Shown in pieces: positions 36,239-45,726 of a stretch of 64,000 nucleotides of DNA (position 1 is the first letter of the stretch; each line of letters opens with the position of its first letter). The stretch spans positions 1 to 64,000 of the IMG/VR virus record IMGVR_UViG_3300010429_000981. The stretch is one strand, 5' to 3'. A model generated the notes under the pieces. That model searched no databases. It was not told the DNA's origin and worked only from the letters and a program-made list of their open reading frames with translations. The position numbers and the translations under genes are program-made. The DNA is from a virus (lineage: Duplodnaviria > Caudoviricetes).

Positions 36239-36694
36239 ATGCCTAATCTACTCATTATTCGTGGTATTCCTGGATCTGGTAAAAGTACTCTAGCAAAATC
36301 ATTATTGGCTTCTTCTAATGATTCTTGTCAATTAACTACTCCTAATTATAAAGGAATAGTTTATACTCATCATTATGAAGCCGATATGTTTTTCATTAAT
36401 GATCATGGAATCTATGAATTTAATAAAGGATATATTAAATATGCCCATGAATGGTGCTTCGCTAATACTCTAAAAGCATTAATCAATAATCATAATGTTA
36501 TTGTCTCTAATACATTCATTAAATTATGGGAATTAGAAAAATATCTTGCTCTAGTAGAATTGGTACAGAATACCAAAATAGAAGTTATTGAATTAACTGA
36601 TAAACACAATTCTATTCACAATGTTCCTGAAACTACTATTAAAAAAATGGAACAATCTTTTGAACCTTACATTAAAGAGGTAATTAATGACTAA
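36239..36694 (+). CDS. P-loop kinase/ATPase (AAA_33, PNK-kinase-like)
   Basis: RGIPGSGKST, EADMFF, VIVSNTF, SIHNVP. Confidence 0.8.
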   Translation: MPNLLIIRGIPGSGKSTLAKSLLASSNDSCQLTTPNYKGIVYTHHYEADMFFINDHGIYEFNKGYIKYAHEWCFANTLKALINNHNVIVSNTFIKLWELEKYLALVELVQNTKIEVIELTDKHNSIHNVPETTIKKMEQSFEPYIKEVIND

Positions 36695-36908
36695 TTTTAC
36701 ATCATCTAATGAATTTTCGCTTTATATTGAGAAGTTAGCCAAATCTGATAATACTAATTATATTGATGCTATCATTAATTATTGTGATAATCATATGCTA
36801 GAACCAGAGGAAATTACTAAATTTATTAATATTTCCCTAAAAGAAAAGTTAGTAAATGATTATAAAAATCTAAACTATTTAACAAAGGAACCTATCTTGA
36901 AATTTTAA
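36687..36908 (+). CDS. gp33: Late promoter transcription coactivator gp33
   Basis: FSLYIE...YIDAIINYC....EPE.I.K.I...LKEKL; adjacent to gp59. Confidence 0.85.
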   Translation: MTNFTSSNEFSLYIEKLAKSDNTNYIDAIINYCDNHMLEPEEITKFINISLKEKLVNDYKNLNYLTKEPILKF

Positions 36909-37495
36909 TGAATGGATTTAGAGCATTTCAATATCACATTGCCTTAAAAATTCACTTTACCAAACCAAATTTTTCAGTTTTCCAGAATAAAGGATTTTTA
37001 AGGGGGAAATACGAAACTTATCTAAATAGGAATGATTATTTATTATATGAAAGATTAGCAGTTAAGTATAGTACTCCTAAAGAAATCATTCAATTTTTAG
37101 CCTCTAATATCATGTATAACAATTTTGGAATAGTTTATGATATAGAAGAAAGCGATAACAATTATCAGGAATATCTTAGAAGAAAACAGTCGATTACTAA
37201 AATATTTCTGGATGATATGCACAAGTTATTAAACAAGAATATTGTATTAAATAATAGTAGACAAACGGCTGTAAATGTGTTAAACTTATTCTTAGGTAAT
37301 AAAATTACTATAGAATCTGTTAGAATATTAGATGATTTGATTGGTGATATGATTGACACATTAAAAAAAGATAATAATACTATGTTGTTGTTTAGTAATG
37401 ATATACTAAGAATTGAAAAATCAAAGGGATTTGTTTTTTATAAGAAAGAAAAAGTGTTACCAATTTATTTAAGTTATTTACAAGAGGAATTTTAA
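36908..37495 (+). CDS. gp59: Helicase loader gp59
   Basis: MNGFRAFQYHIALKIHFT...RND...YERL; lies between gp33 and gp32. Confidence 0.85.
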   Translation: MNGFRAFQYHIALKIHFTKPNFSVFQNKGFLRGKYETYLNRNDYLLYERLAVKYSTPKEIIQFLASNIMYNNFGIVYDIEESDNNYQEYLRRKQSITKIFLDDMHKLLNKNIVLNNSRQTAVNVLNLFLGNKITIESVRILDDLIGDMIDTLKKDNNTMLLFSNDILRIEKSKGFVFYKKEKVLPIYLSYLQEEF

Positions 37496-37501
37496 GGCAT
37501 C

Positions 37502-37699
37502 ATGGGTAAAACAGTTAGAAAAGAATCATTGGAAGAGTTTGATGATTTTATTGAAAATAGTAATCACAGAGGAGCAAAAGCACGGGTAATAGCAAAAAAG
37601 AAAAACACATTAAAAAATCCACACAGAAATGTTCAATTTTCTGAAAATGATGTTTATTATGATATCAATGCCTATAAAGATTATTATACTAAACATTAA
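37502..37699 (+). CDS. Small hypothetical protein upstream of gp32
   Basis: 65 aa starting MGKTVRK. Confidence 0.45.
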   Translation: MGKTVRKESLEEFDDFIENSNHRGAKARVIAKKKNTLKNPHRNVQFSENDVYYDINAYKDYYTKH

Positions 37700-37760
37700 A
37701 CCGAAGTACCGAAATATCAAACGAAGTATCACAATTAATTAAATATATAGAGGAATTATT

Positions 37761-38639
37761 ATGGTAGATATCGCATCATTAAAAAAAACCCGTAACAGTG
37801 ATTTAGAAAAACTAAAATCCAAAATCGAAGAAGAAAACGCGGCCAGAAATTACGACGACAAACGCTTCTGGAAACCCGAACAAGACAAGGCCGGAAACGC
37901 CACCGCTACTATCCGCTTCCTTTACCAATTACCTGATGAACTACCCTATGTAAAATATTTGGCCTATTCATTTAAGGGTCCAACCGGCAATTATTATATT
38001 GAGAATTCATTGGTAACTTTCAAGCAACCTGATCCAGTCTATGAACTTAATGGTCGCCTATATAAAACGGGTATTGAAACCGACAAGTTAATTGCTAAGA
38101 ATCAACGACTTAACACCAAGTATATTTCTAATATTCTAATGGTTAATGATCCTAAGCATCCAGAAAATAACGGAAATGTATTTTTATTCCGCTATGGTCC
38201 CCAAATTCATAAGATGATTACTAATAAGATTAGTCCTGAATTTGAGGATGAAGAATCTGTTAATGTTTTTGATTATTGGGATGGTGCTAATTTCAAGTTA
38301 CGCCTAAAGATTGGTGACAATAATATGGCAACTTATGTTAGTAGCACATGGGAAAATCCTGGTCCTATTGGTACTGATGAATATATTCAAAAGATTGCGG
38401 ATCAACAATATCCATTATCAGAATTTCTTACACCAAAATATTTTAAGACCTATGATGAACTAAAGAAACGCCTTGATTATGTTTATAACAAGCCCACAAC
38501 GGTAGGAACAGCGGGAGATTTAGCCAATAAGTCTGTTCCATTCAAGGCACCACCCTCTAAATCTGCTCCTGCTATTAATTCAGAGGAAGGTGAAGAAGAA
38601 AATTATGAGGAATATTTTAACTCATTATTATCTGAATAA
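37761..38639 (+). CDS. gp32: Single-stranded DNA-binding protein gp32
   Basis: DDKRFWKP..DKAGNA.A.IRFL, YIENSL.T...DPV, YISNIL.V.DP.HPEN.G.VFLF.YG..I, FD...GANFKL; acidic tail. Confidence 0.95.
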   Translation: MVDIASLKKTRNSDLEKLKSKIEEENAARNYDDKRFWKPEQDKAGNATATIRFLYQLPDELPYVKYLAYSFKGPTGNYYIENSLVTFKQPDPVYELNGRLYKTGIETDKLIAKNQRLNTKYISNILMVNDPKHPENNGNVFLFRYGPQIHKMITNKISPEFEDEESVNVFDYWDGANFKLRLKIGDNNMATYVSSTWENPGPIGTDEYIQKIADQQYPLSEFLTPKYFKTYDELKKRLDYVYNKPTTVGTAGDLANKSVPFKAPPSKSAPAINSEEGEEENYEEYFNSLLSE

Positions 38640-38641
38640 CA

Positions 38642-41600
38642 TTATGTAGGTAATCTCCCAGAGGCATAGAACATTGGAGCATCGGTATATTGGTATATCA
38701 TCGCAGACAATGCATCTATGTCTCCTGGGAAATGGGTATTAACATTTCCATGTAATCCTGCAATAGGCTGTCCATGAATAGTTTCGGCACCATTACCAGA
38801 ACCCTGAACCATATTAATAACATTGCCTAATCCATTAGCCTGAGCCGCTGCTTTATCCTTTTCAACTTTACTAGATTGTTGTGCTAATAATTCACCATTT
38901 AATAGTGGTTGTTTATCAATATTTAATGTGGTAGGTTGTCCTAATAATAACGCTTTTGTTTCTGACATTTCCTGAGAAGTAAAGGTTTTTTTAGGATGTG
39001 CCAAAGTACTTCTGGATTCACCTCCAAATAAAGGTGAGAAAAATTCCTCCATTGCGGGTAAATCAAATAAATCTTTTAATTCTTGTGGTAATAATCCAGA
39101 GGCTTGTTCAGTAACATTCTTTAGAAAATCTCCTAATTTATCAAAACCTTCACTTAAACTTTTACCAACACTGTCAACTGTATCATTAAAACTGGGCATT
39201 TTACTTTTTAATGATTCCATTTTACCAATAACTTCTTCCAAGGCTTTTTCTGGATCTGTTCCTGGTGTGGCTTTTATCTTTTTTAATGTTTCTAATAACA
39301 TTTTTTTCTCACCTGGTTTTGATAATCCTTGCCATTGTTTACCTAACTTATCAGCATAATCTTCTGGGTTGATATCACCTTTCATGAATTGACCAAATTT
39401 CCCATAGTTATCGGACATCATATATTTGTGTAGCATATCTTTTTGTAAATCTTTATCAAATATTCTATTTTTATCATAATTTTTTCCATGGAAATATTCA
39501 GATAGGAATCCATCATTACCATAATTTTCACCAAATAAAGTAGTACCCACCCATTGGCCAATACCTGCGGCTGAAGTACCTTTATCTGTATGTTTTAATG
39601 TTCCTTCGGTTGCTTTAGTTAATTTCTTTTGAAATACTTCTAATTCTCCTAACGACATAGAACTAACAGTTTTTCCACCCAATAAATTATTATATTTACC
39701 AGTAGTATCGCCATAAAATGCATCGGGATTTCCCTTTGATTCAGTTCTCAATAATTGTCCTATTAAATCGCCATACGGATTAATATCTAATTTAGTATTA
39801 GGAGAATAATTACCACCCATTGCTGAAGATAAAGAATTTTGAGAAATATGTTTAGCATATTCTTCTCCTTTTAATCCTTTTGCTCCACTACCATTATTAC
39901 CATATACATGCCAATTTTCACCAAATGCATCACCTATTTGCAATTGATGTTGCGCTGCTAATGCTTTCCATTGTTTTAATTGTTCAGGGGTCATAGTGTT
40001 CATCCCACTAGCATTTTTGAACTTTTTAAGATATATATCCCCACCATCACCAAAACCGTGTCTGGATGAATATGGTTTTGCAACGGGAGCGCCATTAGGA
40101 TCTCTATTATTATACAAATATTCTTGAGTAGTTGCTGTAGACCTTAATGCTGATTTTTCTTTCTCTGTTGGTGGTCTATAGGCTGATGATATTTCTATTT
40201 TATCTCCAAATGCTGCTTCAGCATCTTTAATAAAATTAGACAAATTTCTGGCATATTCTGCATCTAAATTTCCGACATCTACATTAGCATTTGCGCGTTT
40301 ATTACTTAATGAATTTAATGTGGAACCAAAGTCTGAATTACCAGCCACAACATCATTACTTGGTAAAGCAGAAGGAATACTAGGGGCGCTTGGAGTATTA
40401 TTATTCGATACTGGTATTGGTATAGATGGTATTGGTAAACGTGTATTAGGAGTATTTAATACTGAATCATGATCATTATTTCCTAATAATAATGCAGTAC
40501 CAGCACCTCCAGCGGCAGCAATACCAACCTTAGTCATGCTTCTACCAACACCCTGAAAAACATTAGAATTTACTGTTTTTATTACTCCACTTACAGTTTT
40601 AGTAGTAGTAACACCAAGTTTAGGCACATTTTTTATTATACCCTGTAACACTTTTGCTGAAGACCCCGGAGTAAATACCGTAAATGCTACTAAACCAAAT
40701 AGCCCCATTGCCTCCATTGTATGATCTTCTGCAAATTTGGTTAATACTTGTAAAGCAGTATTTGGCGCTTGAATGGCCAAATCTAATAAATTAACTGGGG
40801 GACTTTTTAACTCATCTATTATATACCGTTCTACTCTTGTTACTAATGCTTCCATAGCAGAATCCATTGCTACACCCACAATAGCACCAGCAGCAATACC
40901 AGCCGGTCCGCCTAACACACCAAAAGCACCACCCACTATAGCAGCATCTCTAGCACCTTCACCTAAATAGTTCCCTATACCAGCGGTTGTATCAGTAGCA
41001 ACACCAGAATTTTTTAATGCTTCTTGTATAGTAGCAAGACTAGCGGATTTATTATCAGTTATAAATTTTTCTTTTGCCGCTTCAACATCTTTAATTTTTC
41101 CGATAATTACATTTTTATCTTCTAAGTTTTTTGCTCTTGCTTTAGATTGTTCTTTTGGTGATAATGTTTTATATGCGGATCTATTTGATGAATTTACATC
41201 AATATTACTTTTTTCTACTTTTAATTTTGCTAATTCCTCATCATATTCTCTAATTTTAGCACCATAAGGATCAGAGGCATCTTCTTGGTCTTGTATAAAT
41301 TTTTGTTTTGCTTCATTTACTTCTTTTAATTTTTTCTGAAGTTCTTTACGTTTTTCCCCAATTTCTTCACTCTTTTTGTGTTGATCAGTTGGAGATAGAG
41401 CATTATATTCAGCAGTTGGATTATCTTTACCGCCTAATTTATTATCTTTAATAGATTTTTTTAAGTCCTCTATTTCTTGATCATAATTACGTATTCTGGT
41501 ATCATAATCATTTGGTTCTTCTCCCAGTATATTAGGGATACTTGGTAAAGTAATATTAGATGTTAAGTCTACATTATCATTGGCGTAATCATATCCAAGT

Positions 41601-42613
41601 AATGCCGCAGCACCTCCTACAACCGTCTTTCCTCCACCAGCGGCTAATGGTAATGCGCGTCTTCCAAAATATGCTGCTGCTCCTGCTAAACCAACTCCCT
41701 GAGCGGTTTCTTGATTAACTGAACCATCTGGATTATGCAAACTATTAGCATTAAATAATTGGTCAACATCGGTTCTGGATCTTTCAAGAATAGATTCTCT
41801 ACCCATTACTTGTGATGCTGCATATTCTCCACCTAAAAACCCACCAATAAATTTAGCACCTTTGGCTAATAGACCGCCGCCACCGATACGCATTGTTGCA
41901 AGTCCACCAGCCACACCAGCCGTACTAATAGATTCAGTATCAACACCATATTCCTGTAACTTTTTACCAACTTGACCACCGCCAATAGCACCAATAAATC
42001 CTAATACTGTTTTGACTAATAATCCTCCAGGAGCAAATGCACCTAATAATAATCCAATAGCACCATTAGTACTAAAGGTATCTTTTACTAATGTTCCCAT
42101 CCTTTCAGAGAATTTTTCTGTTTCAGTAACATATCCACCAATATCATCCTTAAATTTAACAACTTTATCAGTAACACCTGTAAAAGAAGTTCCCAATAAA
42201 TCCAAATTAGAAAGTAATGTAGCAACTCCTCCTGCAACTGCCCCCCATTTTAATACATCAGCAATGGTAATTCCATCTTCTTTTTTTTCTTCTTTAGAAT
42301 CATTATTACCATGATTATTATGAGTACCTAATGCTGCTATTCTATTAAGATGCTGCATTAATTCTCTATGTCTTCTTGCTTCTCCTCGTTCCTCAGAATC
42401 ATCCACACGAACATCTTCTTTCTTGGCCTCTATAATACCATCTTTAACAGCCTTTCTTAATGTTGCTTCTAATTGTTGTTGATTACTATTATTACCTATC
42501 AATAAGGAACCTAATTTTGATACTAAATCATCAAGACCACTAGAAGAAGCGGTACTTGTATTAGGATCTTTTACGTTATGAGATGGTCCAAAATTGAAAG
42601 ATTGTTGTATCAT
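38642..42613 (-). CDS. Tape measure / baseplate hub protein (gp29-like) with M15 peptidase and lysozyme-like domains
   Basis: 1323 aa with Gly/Ala-rich TM-like segments and coiled coils, downstream of gp26/gp51. M15 motifs SAYR, SRHGFGDGGD, ENWH; lysozyme-like TES...SAAGIGQW. Confidence 0.8.
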   Translation of the reverse strand: MIQQSFNFGPSHNVKDPNTSTASSSGLDDLVSKLGSLLIGNNSNQQQLEATLRKAVKDGIIEAKKEDVRVDDSEERGEARRHRELMQHLNRIAALGTHNNHGNNDSKEEKKEDGITIADVLKWGAVAGGVATLLSNLDLLGTSFTGVTDKVVKFKDDIGGYVTETEKFSERMGTLVKDTFSTNGAIGLLLGAFAPGGLLVKTVLGFIGAIGGGQVGKKLQEYGVDTESISTAGVAGGLATMRIGGGGLLAKGAKFIGGFLGGEYAASQVMGRESILERSRTDVDQLFNANSLHNPDGSVNQETAQGVGLAGAAAYFGRRALPLAAGGGKTVVGGAAALLGYDYANDNVDLTSNITLPSIPNILGEEPNDYDTRIRNYDQEIEDLKKSIKDNKLGGKDNPTAEYNALSPTDQHKKSEEIGEKRKELQKKLKEVNEAKQKFIQDQEDASDPYGAKIREYDEELAKLKVEKSNIDVNSSNRSAYKTLSPKEQSKARAKNLEDKNVIIGKIKDVEAAKEKFITDNKSASLATIQEALKNSGVATDTTAGIGNYLGEGARDAAIVGGAFGVLGGPAGIAAGAIVGVAMDSAMEALVTRVERYIIDELKSPPVNLLDLAIQAPNTALQVLTKFAEDHTMEAMGLFGLVAFTVFTPGSSAKVLQGIIKNVPKLGVTTTKTVSGVIKTVNSNVFQGVGRSMTKVGIAAAGGAGTALLLGNNDHDSVLNTPNTRLPIPSIPIPVSNNNTPSAPSIPSALPSNDVVAGNSDFGSTLNSLSNKRANANVDVGNLDAEYARNLSNFIKDAEAAFGDKIEISSAYRPPTEKEKSALRSTATTQEYLYNNRDPNGAPVAKPYSSRHGFGDGGDIYLKKFKNASGMNTMTPEQLKQWKALAAQHQLQIGDAFGENWHVYGNNGSGAKGLKGEEYAKHISQNSLSSAMGGNYSPNTKLDINPYGDLIGQLLRTESKGNPDAFYGDTTGKYNNLLGGKTVSSMSLGELEVFQKKLTKATEGTLKHTDKGTSAAGIGQWVGTTLFGENYGNDGFLSEYFHGKNYDKNRIFDKDLQKDMLHKYMMSDNYGKFGQFMKGDINPEDYADKLGKQWQGLSKPGEKKMLLETLKKIKATPGTDPEKALEEVIGKMESLKSKMPSFNDTVDSVGKSLSEGFDKLGDFLKNVTEQASGLLPQELKDLFDLPAMEEFFSPLFGGESRSTLAHPKKTFTSQEMSETKALLLGQPTTLNIDKQPLLNGELLAQQSSKVEKDKAAAQANGLGNVINMVQGSGNGAETIHGQPIAGLHGNVNTHFPGDIDALSAMIYQYTDAPMFYASGRLPT

Positions 42614-42636
42614 ATTAATGAAACTCTGTTAAAATG

Positions 42637-42810
42637 TTATTCTGCGTTATTTTCTTCTTTTTTCATATGTTCTTGTAATAATGTAATATAAATTTCTCTC
42701 TCAAATGGCATCATGTTCTCTATTTCGGTTAAACTATAATTATGCTGTTTCATTAATGAAAAATTCATAGTATAATAGTTTTCCAGAGATTCATGAGCCA
42801 GAATTACTAA
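42637..42810 (-). CDS. gp51: Baseplate hub assembly protein gp51 (short type), not in the ORF track; start uncertain
   Basis: LVILAHESLENYYTMNFSLMKQHNYSLTEIENMMPFEREIYITLLQEHMKKEENNAE matches the short gp51 family. Confidence 0.8.
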   Translation of the reverse strand, partial: LVILAHESLENYYTMNFSLMKQHNYSLTEIENMMPFEREIYITLLQEHMKKEENNAE

Positions 42811-43514
42811 AAAAAATTGGCTAGACCTGCTACTGTTTTAGATTGTTCTTTCTTACATACAGGACAAGTATAATTAATTACTTTACTTAATTTTGGTAAT
42901 TCATCAAAATAATTCTCCATTTTCTTAAATTCTTCACCTTTCAAACTATCAAGAAAAGCAATAACTTCCTCATTAGTTTGTTCAGAAACATTATGAATTT
43001 CTTCTTCATCAAAAATAGATTCAATACAATTTGCTACTGTTTGAAACATATCATCAATATTACCACGATTCATTTGAGCATTGGTAATATCCGTTACAGT
43101 AGGATATTTCATTACTACACCAACCTTATCAAATAATATAATTTTATTATTAAAATCCTTAGGAATTTCTACTTTTAATTCAGTAAGATTAATACTAACA
43201 TTAGAAACTGCTCTTTCATCATTACAAAAATCACAGCGAATTGATAAATCTACTGTTTCTCCTACTGATACTGCTCTTAATTGTGAGAAAATATATTCGA
43301 AATCAAACGATGCTAATTTATCTACATCAATTTTAGTAATGACACAAGATTGAATTACAGATTTTAATGTATCGAGCATAACGTCAACTTCATTAGTCAT
43401 CTGTGCGATTAATAAAGCCTTTTCTTCCCTAACTAAAAAGGGACGATATTTAATCTCTTTTTTAGTAGATGGAACGGTTAATGTATATACAGGAGAAGTG
43501 CGGTTAGGTAACAT
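42807..43514 (-). CDS. gp26: Baseplate hub subunit/chaperone gp26
   Basis: MLP...PVYTLTVPSTKKEIKYRPFLVREEKALL...D.EYIF.QLRA.SVGE...GLANFF. Confidence 0.9.
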   Translation of the reverse strand: MLPNRTSPVYTLTVPSTKKEIKYRPFLVREEKALLIAQMTNEVDVMLDTLKSVIQSCVITKIDVDKLASFDFEYIFSQLRAVSVGETVDLSIRCDFCNDERAVSNVSINLTELKVEIPKDFNNKIILFDKVGVVMKYPTVTDITNAQMNRGNIDDMFQTVANCIESIFDEEEIHNVSEQTNEEVIAFLDSLKGEEFKKMENYFDELPKLSKVINYTCPVCKKEQSKTVAGLANFF

Positions 43515-43534
43515 AATATTTCCTCATTTTCAGT

Positions 43535-43948
43535 TTATAATGGATTGATTTGTTTCAACATTTTAGTTAATTCAGAAGTAGAACCAACAAATATAGCATT
43601 GTTATTATTAGTAATTTTAGTAATATCTGAATCTGGTTTTTTAGTAGTTAATCGTTGTTTTTTCTCAGAGATATCTAACAATTGATGGTTGATATCGGCT
43701 AATTGTTTAATGATATTTCCTACCACTTCAAACGCTCTGGAATTTTCTGATTGTTTTGCTACTTCCAGAGCATAATTTAGTGCATCTTGACCTTGAGTTA
43801 ATAATGAATGAAGATTATTTCTAGTTTTATTATAATCATATTCTATAGGATCAATATCATCAGGTAATTGTATAATATGTTCACCAGTAGAAGTAATTAA
43901 TTCTGTATCTGGTAAATTTAATAATTCATTAATCGCGGGTAGGTTCAT
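43535..43948 (-). CDS. gp16: Terminase small subunit gp16
   Basis: DY..TR.NL..L...G..AL...LEVA..SE..RAFEV...NNAIFVGSTSEL.KML. Confidence 0.85.
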   Translation of the reverse strand: MNLPAINELLNLPDTELITSTGEHIIQLPDDIDPIEYDYNKTRNNLHSLLTQGQDALNYALEVAKQSENSRAFEVVGNIIKQLADINHQLLDISEKKQRLTTKKPDSDITKITNNNNAIFVGSTSELTKMLKQINPL

Positions 43949-44439
43949 TTTTTATTCTTAAAATATCTAAAGTTAAAGGTTACAGTTAGAGTAGCGATTC
44001 CGTTTGCTCTTGCTTCTAGGGTATCTCCTTCTATATTTCTGGGATATGCCTCAAATACCTGAACTTCGTTTCTAATATTATCATTAATATCTAATACTTT
44101 AATAGTGATATCACGAATATAATTATTATAATAATCAAGAATACCATTATCAGGATTTTGAATTTGTTTAGCCCATTCATCAAATATTTTTTTAACTTTA
44201 AGATCGGTATCTAAATAGAATCTCATTACTATTTGATTAACATTTTTCATCCAGGCATGATCTCTACTAATACCAAACATATTATTAGTATCAGTTACTA
44301 AAAATTGTGATGGAATAGTAACTGAATGACACATGAGACTAATTAGTTCAGAATCACCATAGGGAATAATTACCTCAAATCTATTCTGGCGTGATAAACT
44401 TTTATTTCTAACATGTGCTAAAAACTTCTCGAATGACAT
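43945..44439 (-). CDS. gp54: Tail tube initiator gp54-like (gp19 fold)
   Basis: SRQNRFEV...F..W...I...Y...Y..DI.I.....EAYP..I...L...L.V.F.FRY. Confidence 0.7.
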   Translation of the reverse strand: MSFEKFLAHVRNKSLSRQNRFEVIIPYGDSELISLMCHSVTIPSQFLVTDTNNMFGISRDHAWMKNVNQIVMRFYLDTDLKVKKIFDEWAKQIQNPDNGILDYYNNYIRDITIKVLDINDNIRNEVQVFEAYPRNIEGDTLEARANGIATLTVTFNFRYFKNKK

Positions 44440-44442
44440 ATA

Positions 44443-45066
44443 TTATCGTCCTATTACTTTACTAGATTCTTTCCAAACAGTTCGCTTATTTTGACCAACA
44501 AACATTTCTACGGGTAATAATAAAGCAGTAGCCCAATCTTCTCCTGGTATCTTCTTAAATGGCGATCTAACATTAGCACTTAAATATCTATGTACACAAG
44601 GTTCTGCTAATCGATGTTGAGAAAGAGATTGAATATATTGCCATGTAATATTCAGACGAGTAGCATCAGTATAACCAGGAGCAATTTTTAATGATGTTAA
44701 AGAATCCATTAATTTTATTCTTAAATCATAAATTAAATAATGCATATTTAAGCCAATGAAACCATTTTTAGTCATTCTAAAAGGAAATATTAGTGGAAAT
44801 CTATCCCAATAAGGTAATGTTGCTTTATATTTAGCATCATAGAAAAACATATACATATCACCAGGAATAATAGTAGAACGATTCATTAATGGTTTAGTTC
44901 TAATTAATGTCTCTGGTTGTAATCCATAATTTTTTAATTCATTTACTTTCTGAAAAAACCATCCTAATGATTTTTTTCTGGCTTCATCCATAGTAATAGC
45001 GTTACGTCTAAATATCTTATCGTAATCACTATGTCTATGTTGTAAATAGGTATCAATTATTCCCAT
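44443..45066 (-). CDS. gp2: DNA end protector gp2
   Basis: PGDMYMFFYDAKYKATLPYWDRFPLI...GF.GLN.HYL...R. Confidence 0.9.
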   Translation of the reverse strand: MGIIDTYLQHRHSDYDKIFRRNAITMDEARKKSLGWFFQKVNELKNYGLQPETLIRTKPLMNRSTIIPGDMYMFFYDAKYKATLPYWDRFPLIFPFRMTKNGFIGLNMHYLIYDLRIKLMDSLTSLKIAPGYTDATRLNITWQYIQSLSQHRLAEPCVHRYLSANVRSPFKKIPGEDWATALLLPVEMFVGQNKRTVWKESSKVIGR

Positions 45067-45509
45067 TATTTTATTCCTAATTCTTTCTCAGTAAATATCT
45101 TAAATTCCCAACCTTTTTTTTCACAAAACATTCGTGCTGCTTGCCATTTTGCAGAATTAATTCCATACGTTAATACTTCATTAATATTCCTTTTTTTAGG
45201 TGGTATAGTTTGTTTGTACGGTTTTATTTCTATTAGATAAATTTTAACATTATTATCTTTATCTTTTACTTTAATCATGGCATCTACAAAATAACGATGA
45301 ATAATTTTATCTTTAGGATTATCTTTAGGTGATGAGTAAGGAATAGCAATTTCTTCTGATGACCAATTAACGATAGAAGTATTCATATCACACCAATTAT
45401 AAAATTTTAATTCCCAAGAACTTCGTACCCAGACATTATTAACATCACCAACATATTTATTGGCATTTTTTACTTTGTATAAATAAGGATCTTTATAAAC
45501 TTTGCGCAT
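45066..45509 (-). CDS. gp4: Head completion nuclease gp4
   Basis: Y..KN..KY.GD....W.RSSWE..F...CD.N..I..WSSEEI.IPY.SP...HRYF.D...EIKP..QT..P. Confidence 0.92.
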   Translation of the reverse strand: MRKVYKDPYLYKVKNANKYVGDVNNVWVRSSWELKFYNWCDMNTSIVNWSSEEIAIPYSSPKDNPKDKIIHRYFVDAMIKVKDKDNNVKIYLIEIKPYKQTIPPKKRNINEVLTYGINSAKWQAARMFCEKKGWEFKIFTEKELGIK

Positions 45510-45565
45510 ATTACTATTTATTCAATAATAATAGTAAGTATTTTTACTATGGTTGAAAATAATGT

Positions 45566-45594
45566 TTGACAAGGGGTCTAAAAAGGAGTATTAT
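45566..45594 (+). promoter_or_regulatory. Sigma70-type promoter
   Basis: TTGACA-17 nt-TATTAT in the divergent intergenic region. Confidence 0.55.
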
Positions 45595-45599
45595 TTATC
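45592..45599 (-). promoter_or_regulatory. Late promoter variant GATAAATA for the gp4 operon
   Basis: NATAAATA on the minus strand about 80 nt upstream of gp4. Confidence 0.4.
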
Positions 45600-45687
45600 T
45601 GTTGTCCGGTTCAAGGGATACTATATTAATTAATATTAAGTATTATCTAATATAAATTCATTATAAAGATGCTCTAAATACATTATA

Positions 45688-45695
45688 TATAAATA
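45688..45695 (+). promoter_or_regulatory. T4-type late promoter TATAAATA
   Basis: Exact consensus 32 nt before the 45727 gene. Confidence 0.7.
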
Positions 45696-45726
45696 TCATG
45701 TAAGAAATCTACTAATAAGGTTCATA

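Noticed and set aside
42804..42809. Amber read-through from gp26 into gp51
   Set aside because: TAG is immediately followed by in-frame TAA, and gp51 is in the -1 frame.
45601..45625. GGTTCAA as a tRNA T-arm remnant
   Set aside because: No pairing T-stem, acceptor stem or anticodon arm around it.
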